From Rhodospirillaceae bacterium (GTDB taxonomy: Bacteria; Pseudomonadota; Alphaproteobacteria; Rhodospirillales; Rhodospirillaceae): DNA of 64,000 nt. Below are positions 59,812-64,000 of this stretch, piece by piece (position 1 is the stretch's first letter; the number at the start of each line of letters is the position of its first letter). The translations under genes were made by a program, and so were the position numbers. The stretch is taken from contig CBDDHW010000007.1 of assembly GCA_965228575.1 (NCBI GenBank), forward strand, positions 6,076 through 70,075, written 5' to 3'. Under the pieces are notes generated by a model that was given only the letters and a program-made list of their open reading frames with translations, made no database searches and was not told the origin of the DNA.

Positions 59812-60607
59812 CGGTTCTTTTGATTTTTACGGTCTGTCGGCCGACTTTGTTTCAACTTCCCGCAGTGTACTCAAAGGGTGTTGATAGAAAGTGAATCGGT
59901 CGATCCTAAATCTGGTTTCATATATGGAGTGGCAGAGCGGGATGGCAGGCGAAAAAACCACGTGGAGTCGGATATTTTCGGCGGACCGCCTGATTGAAAT
60001 ATCGTTGCGTAAACCGGGTTTAGGTTCGGCTAAAAGCGGAAAAAGTCGCTCTTAAAACTACCACTGCCGCAGCATTTATGGTGCCTCGGCATGCCGTTGA
60101 ATAGAACCTCTCGATTTCAGCGTGTTCGACCCGTGCATTTGGAAAAAAAATGCACGACATTTTCAGATTACAAAATTTCTTTACGCAATTGAAAGTTTGG
60201 AACTTTTTTGGTTTCGTTCCAATCTAGGACGCTGCCTGGGCACTCCTTGGGCCGTGGATTCTCTACGGAATTCAGGATGAGTGTAATTTTGTGACAGCCA
60301 TCTCACTGAAAGGGCCGTATTCGCCACTATCAATCTCAGCCGCGGTAATTCTTGCTCTGCGGAGGGTTTCTCATGATATTTTTATTCAAGATACATTCCT
60401 GACTTGACAGTTAAGGGCTCATGACGTTGTTTAACCCTGTCCTGTGGGTTTGATTCTTGGGGGATCACAATCGGGGGGTGCTGGGAGCGGCAGGAAGTAT
60501 GCCGAGCCTTTTTTGTCAGTGAAGTTGCCATCCGGCACCTGTCCTGTTAGACCCTCGACGCTTCTCCGCCCAGCGGGACTGACCATAACGCCAGCCCATT
60601 TTCGAGT

Positions 60608-61249
60608 GTGCAAATGTCAGATAAATATATGCCTTCGTCTTCCAAGTCCGCGGAAAAGAATACGAGCCGCACGGTAGGTTTTGTTTTCGTTGTGCTTCTG
60701 CATGTTGGGGCCTTTTATGCACTGCAATCTGGCCTTGCAAAGAACTTCGTTGACGCGTTGGCAGGGCCACTAGAGGCGAGCTTGATCGAAGAGACGGTTA
60801 TTGAAGATGCGCCGCCTCCGCCTCCGCCGCCCGATTTTGAAGCGCCGCCGCCAGCATTTATCCCATTGCCGGATATTGCAATTGAAGCGCCAGCTCCACA
60901 GCAAACGATTTCCAAAGTAACCGCGGTCAAAAAGCCGCCGCCGCCGCCGCCGCCGCCGAAAATTGTTCCACCGCGTTCAAACCCACGGCGTCCGATTACA
61001 CAACCGCCATATCCAACTATGTCTCGCCGTTTGGGCGAAGAGGGTGTCGTCACACTATTGCTTACGGTTGACGAGAATGGCCGTGTGACCGAGGCGAGAG
61101 TTGACCAGAGCAGCGGTTTTGAGCGTCTTGATGAAGCGGCCGTTAGAGAGGCTCTTCGCAGATGGCGCCTAATTCCGGGAACTATTAACGGTAAGGCGTC
61201 GTCAATGCAGTTTAAGTTTGCGGTGAGATTTAGAATTGAGGACGCCTAA
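60608..61249 (+). CDS. tonB: Energy transducer TonB
   Basis: 213 aa with an N-terminal TM containing SxxxH-like LLHVGAF, two poly-Pro tracts (PPPPPPPDFEAPPP, KKPPPPPPPPK) and the TonB C-terminal domain (YPTMSRRLGEEGVV...). The start may be ATG 60614. Confidence 0.85.
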   Translation: MQMSDKYMPSSSKSAEKNTSRTVGFVFVVLLHVGAFYALQSGLAKNFVDALAGPLEASLIEETVIEDAPPPPPPPDFEAPPPAFIPLPDIAIEAPAPQQTISKVTAVKKPPPPPPPPKIVPPRSNPRRPITQPPYPTMSRRLGEEGVVTLLLTVDENGRVTEARVDQSSGFERLDEAAVREALRRWRLIPGTINGKASSMQFKFAVRFRIEDA

Positions 61250-61324
61250 GGCTTAAGGGACTGAGTTTGTCTCCGCGCGAAACGTTGAGCGTTTGAGGCA
61301 AGCGATAAGAAGCAGGTTCGAATA

Positions 61325-61342
61325 TTAACTAGATTAACTAGA
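61325..61342 (+). repeat. Perfect tandem 9-mer (ttaactaga x2) just upstream of exbB
   Basis: Read directly: ttaactaga at 61325-61333 and again at 61334-61342. Contains stop codons in two of the three forward frames (TAA and TAG; the third reads TTA ACT AGA with no stop). Confidence 0.9.
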
Positions 61343-61367
61343 TATGAGTGGTAGTGAGGATCACAAC

Positions 61368-62306
61368 ATGAACACCCGATTGAATATTTTTTCCAAGCTT
61401 TCAGCTTTAATCCCGACTCTTGCGATAGTCGCGGCCTTGGGCTTTGCTCCTGGCGTTGTCGCGCAAGACGAGGCTGCCCCGGCAGATGCCGCTCCGGCTG
61501 ACGCTGCTCCGGCAGACGCGATGCTCGATACCAGCGACCCGTTTGCGGACGATGGCCTGGGCATGGGTATGGACGAGGGTGCAGCTGCTGATCCCAGTGC
61601 TGTCACTGACGATGGAATGGGGGAAGCCGAGACGCTTGAAAACCCGTACGGCATCACGGCGATGCTTGAGCAGGGCGACTTTGTTGGCCATGCGACCTTT
61701 ACGATCTTGGTCATCATGTCGATTGGCTCTTGGTACATCATGGTGCTGCGCCTGATCGATACAACCATCCTTTTCCGTCAAGCCAACGCTATGCAGAAGA
61801 ATTTCTGGACGGCTGGGAGCCTCAAGGAAGGTCTTACCAAGTTGGAACCCAACAGCGCGTTTCGGACCATTGTTGACGATGGGTTGAAGGCTGCTGAACA
61901 CCACGAAGGCAAGATGACAGACTCAGTTGACCTCAATGAGTGGGTGACAATGTCTCTTCAACGCTCCTCGGATGCTGTGAATGCCAGATTGCAAAGCGGC
62001 CTGGCGGTTCTTGCCAGCGTGGGTTCGACGGCACCGTTCGTGGGATTGTTCGGAACTGTTTGGGGGATTTTGAACGCGCTGATCGCGATCGGTGTGTCCG
62101 GTCAGGTGTCCATCGATAAGGTCGCCGGTCCTCTTGGTGAAGCTTTGATCATGACCGCGATTGGTCTGTTCGTCGCTGTTCCGGCCGTGTTGGGCTACAA
62201 CTTCTACGTTCGCCGCAACAAGGTCCTTATGGAGCGCGTGCGCAACTTCTCCGCTGATATTCATGCGGTGTTGTTGAGCAGCAAACAAGGCCAAGCGGCT
62301 GAGTAG
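61368..62306 (+). CDS. exbB: MotA/TolQ/ExbB proton-channel protein with a signal peptide and an acidic periplasmic N-extension
   Basis: ATG 61368 is preceded by GAGGA with a 7-nt spacer (an alternative ATG lies at 61344). C-terminal core STAPFVGLFGTVWGI...GPLGEALIMTAIGLFVAVPAVLGYNF. Confidence 0.85.
   Translation: MNTRLNIFSKLSALIPTLAIVAALGFAPGVVAQDEAAPADAAPADAAPADAMLDTSDPFADDGLGMGMDEGAAADPSAVTDDGMGEAETLENPYGITAMLEQGDFVGHATFTILVIMSIGSWYIMVLRLIDTTILFRQANAMQKNFWTAGSLKEGLTKLEPNSAFRTIVDDGLKAAEHHEGKMTDSVDLNEWVTMSLQRSSDAVNARLQSGLAVLASVGSTAPFVGLFGTVWGILNALIAIGVSGQVSIDKVAGPLGEALIMTAIGLFVAVPAVLGYNFYVRRNKVLMERVRNFSADIHAVLLSSKQGQAAE
61473..61517 (+). repeat. 3 x pentapeptide AAPAD coding repeat inside exbB
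   Basis: gctgccccggcagat / gccgctccggctgac / gctgctccggcagac. The copies differ at synonymous positions. Confidence 0.9.
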
Positions 62307-62358
62307 TCCACGTACACTTTGGTTAGATCCACTTCGATTTGAATTAAGGAGATAAGCT

Positions 62359-62802
62359 ATGGCCGGCGGAGTTATGTCGGAAGACGGAGAAGACGAAGTC
62401 GAAACAACAATGAATGTCATTCCTTTGGTTGACGTCATGTTGGTCTTGCTCATCATCTTCTTGATTACGATCCCTTCAGCGATCAGTACGGTCGAAGTGG
62501 AACTACCAGAGGTGTCTAACCAAGTTACCGAAACCCGCCCGGAAAACATTATTCTCGCAGTTGATGCAGACGGGCGGATTTATTGGAACGAAGGTCAGGT
62601 CACTTACGAGGAACTTTACAGCCGGATTGCTGAGGCATCGGTTATTGTGCCGCAGCCCGAAGTTCATGTTCGTGGAGACATTGAGGCTCGTTTTGAGCAT
62701 GTGGGTCGCGTTTTGGCCATCGCACAGCGTGGCGGTATCATGAAGGTAGGGTTTATTACTGACCCGGAAACCGGCATGACCGTGTCGCGCTTTACGTACT
62801 AA
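62359..62802 (+). CDS. exbD: Biopolymer transporter ExbD (copy 1)
   Basis: 147 aa with MNVIPLVDVMLVLLIIFLIT and a periplasmic domain. Confidence 0.88.
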   Translation: MAGGVMSEDGEDEVETTMNVIPLVDVMLVLLIIFLITIPSAISTVEVELPEVSNQVTETRPENIILAVDADGRIYWNEGQVTYEELYSRIAEASVIVPQPEVHVRGDIEARFEHVGRVLAIAQRGGIMKVGFITDPETGMTVSRFTY

Positions 62803-62818
62803 GTAGCGGAGAAGAACG

Positions 62819-63241
62819 ATGGGAGCGAGTGTAGGTCCAGCTTCAGGTGAAAATGAAGCTATGGTGGAGATGAACGTTATTCCGCTGATCGACATTATGT
62901 TGGTCTTGCTGATTATGTTTATCATCAGTCTGCCGATCCAAACCCATGCAGTTAAACTGGATATGCCGCGGCCGAACGATGCAGCGCAGCAGTCCGAACC
63001 GGTGGTTATTCAGTTGGACGTTGATTTTGACGGGACGGTTCTTTGGAATGGGACGGTCGTCGCCTCAGAAGCACAACTGCAGTCTTTTTTGCAGTCGATT
63101 TCTCTGCAAGAGCCGCAGCCTGAAATTCACCTACGACCTAACCGATTGGCCAAATATGATATCGTGGCCAAGGTGTTGGCGTACGCACAAAGGTTAGGAG
63201 TGCGCAAAATCGGTTTTGTTGGCAACGAGCAATACCTATAA
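62819..63241 (+). CDS. exbD: Biopolymer transporter ExbD (copy 2)
   Basis: 140 aa with MNVIPLIDIMLVLLIMFIIS. Confidence 0.88.
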   Translation: MGASVGPASGENEAMVEMNVIPLIDIMLVLLIMFIISLPIQTHAVKLDMPRPNDAAQQSEPVVIQLDVDFDGTVLWNGTVVASEAQLQSFLQSISLQEPQPEIHLRPNRLAKYDIVAKVLAYAQRLGVRKIGFVGNEQYL

Positions 63242-63311
63242 AAGGCTCAAGATTGCCATAATATCGCCAAGGAGTCTGACGACGCTTGGCATGTCTTATA
63301 AATTTGGGGGG

Positions 63312-63335
63312 CGCCAGTAGATTTGTTTACTGGCG
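63312..63335 (+). terminator. Hairpin between exbD2 and the TPR gene (possible attenuator or partial terminator)
   Basis: Perfect 8-bp stem cgccagta / tactggcg with an 8-nt loop, followed only by tt. Confidence 0.3.
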
Positions 63336-63361
63336 TTCCTCGTTCGTCTGAGAGGGTAGAA

Positions 63362-64000
63362 ATGAAAAAGCAAAATGTTGTCTCCGCAATTGCGATGTCG
63401 CTGGTATTGGCGGCAGGCGCTGTAGGGCCTGCGACGATTCTCCTTAGCCCCCAGCCTTCCGTCGCGGCTGAACAAACATTATCGACCGCTGTCGGGCGTC
63501 CGCTGCTTGCGGCACGAGACTTAGCGAACGAACAGAAATTTGATGAAGCGCTCGTCAAAGCAAAGGAAGCGGACGCGGTGTCCGGGAAGACTCCTTATGA
63601 GGAGTACATGGTCAGCGAGATTATGGGCTCGATTTACCTTCAATCGCGCCAATATGCTAACGCAGCTCAGACTCTTGAGCGTTCGGTTGCCACGGGACAG
63701 TTGGCACCCCAAGATTTGGCCGCTCGCATTAAGTTGTTGAGCCAAGTTTACTATCAGGTCAAAAACTACCGCAAAGCCATTGAGTATGGGCAGCAAGTAC
63801 TGCAAGGCGCTGCGAACGATACCGAAACGATGGTGATCGTTGGTCAAAGCCAATACTTGCTTGGGCAGCATCAGGCTGCCGCGTCGACCATGCGCAATGT
63901 CGTTCGCACAGCGCAACGAGCCAGGGCGACAGTCCAAGAAACATGGCTACAGCTTTTGTTGGCTGCCGAGTATGAACTTGGGAACAGCGACGGGGTGCGG
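63362..64000 (+). CDS. Exported TPR-repeat protein (partial, runs off the right edge)
   Basis: Not in the ORF track. ATG 63362 gives MKKQNVVSAIAMSLVLAAGAVGPA... (signal peptide), followed by TPR-like repeats (YLQSRQYANAAQTLE, YYQVKNYRKAIEYGQQ). Confidence 0.65.
   Translation, partial: MKKQNVVSAIAMSLVLAAGAVGPATILLSPQPSVAAEQTLSTAVGRPLLAARDLANEQKFDEALVKAKEADAVSGKTPYEEYMVSEIMGSIYLQSRQYANAAQTLERSVATGQLAPQDLAARIKLLSQVYYQVKNYRKAIEYGQQVLQGAANDTETMVIVGQSQYLLGQHQAAASTMRNVVRTAQRARATVQETWLQLLLAAEYELGNSDGVR

Noticed and set aside
60017-60034. Irr/ICE-like palindrome TTTAG-N6-CTAAA
   Set aside because: The spacing and inner bases differ from the TTTAGAA-N3-TTCTAAA consensus, and a 5-bp inverted repeat is expected by chance.
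60435-60548. 10-nt direct repeat cctgtcctgt occurring twice about 100 bp apart
   Set aside because: My rough expectation of one such repeat by chance in an 800-bp region is about 0.3, so it is not significant on its own.
60430-60600. Possible cobalamin or other riboswitch upstream of tonB
   Set aside because: On neither strand could I find the B12-box or the AGGGAA...GGTG.AA.TCC core, nor the signatures of TPP, glycine or SAM-II elements. It is kept only as part of the generic 'long intergenic region' finding.
61300-61330. tRNA-like T-loop sequence GGTTCGAAT
   Set aside because: No complementary T-stem, acceptor stem or anticodon arm can be drawn around it.

Overview
This 64 kb chromosomal window looks alphaproteobacterial. 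Supporting signs are a class-I LysRS, a CIRCE-controlled groESL, ctaA, DUF1489/DUF1289 genes and a hopanoid locus. GC appears moderately high by eye and was not computed. I found no rRNA, tRNA, CRISPR array, transposase or integrase.

Content from left to right:
- A hopanoid operon: shc(partial)-hpnE-hpnD-dxs-GT2-hpnC.
- Amidase, yqaA and a class-III aminotransferase.
- A membrane S1 protease-MoxR-DUF58-VWA operon, facing an MlaC/HpnM-like gene.
- A RimK triad (DUF785 protease, RimK, AstE/AspA-like deacylase).
- An HpnN-like RND transporter.
- cspA, a GT61-like transferase, pirin, an orphan histidine kinase, tldD and ctaA.
- A GT2 + LAB_N pair, then groESL.
- A DinG-like helicase, class-I lysyl-tRNA synthetase, and a large FAAL-ACP-SGNH/DltD-like fusion gene.
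- A beta-oxidation cluster (ACAD, HAD/ECH, thiolase, fadD, SCP2).
- A degenerate EAL-like protein next to a Cache-HAMP-PP2C sensor phosphatase.
- Housekeeping genes (msrB, queF, tam).
- Two tandem GGDEF proteins, and tonB-exbB-exbD-exbD-TPR.

Most notable points:
1. About 14 single-base homopolymer indels are confined to roughly 35.5-44.2 kb. They break five consecutive genes, including the normally essential LysRS. I saw none elsewhere in the window.
2. The FAAL-ACP-SGNH/DltD-like fusion is visibly AT-richer than its surroundings and has no MBOAT partner here.
3. The hopanoid genes are dispersed and interleaved with unrelated modules.
4. The window is rich in c-di-GMP signalling genes with degenerate domains.

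All calls come from reading the ORF translations and the DNA by eye. No database searches were run.
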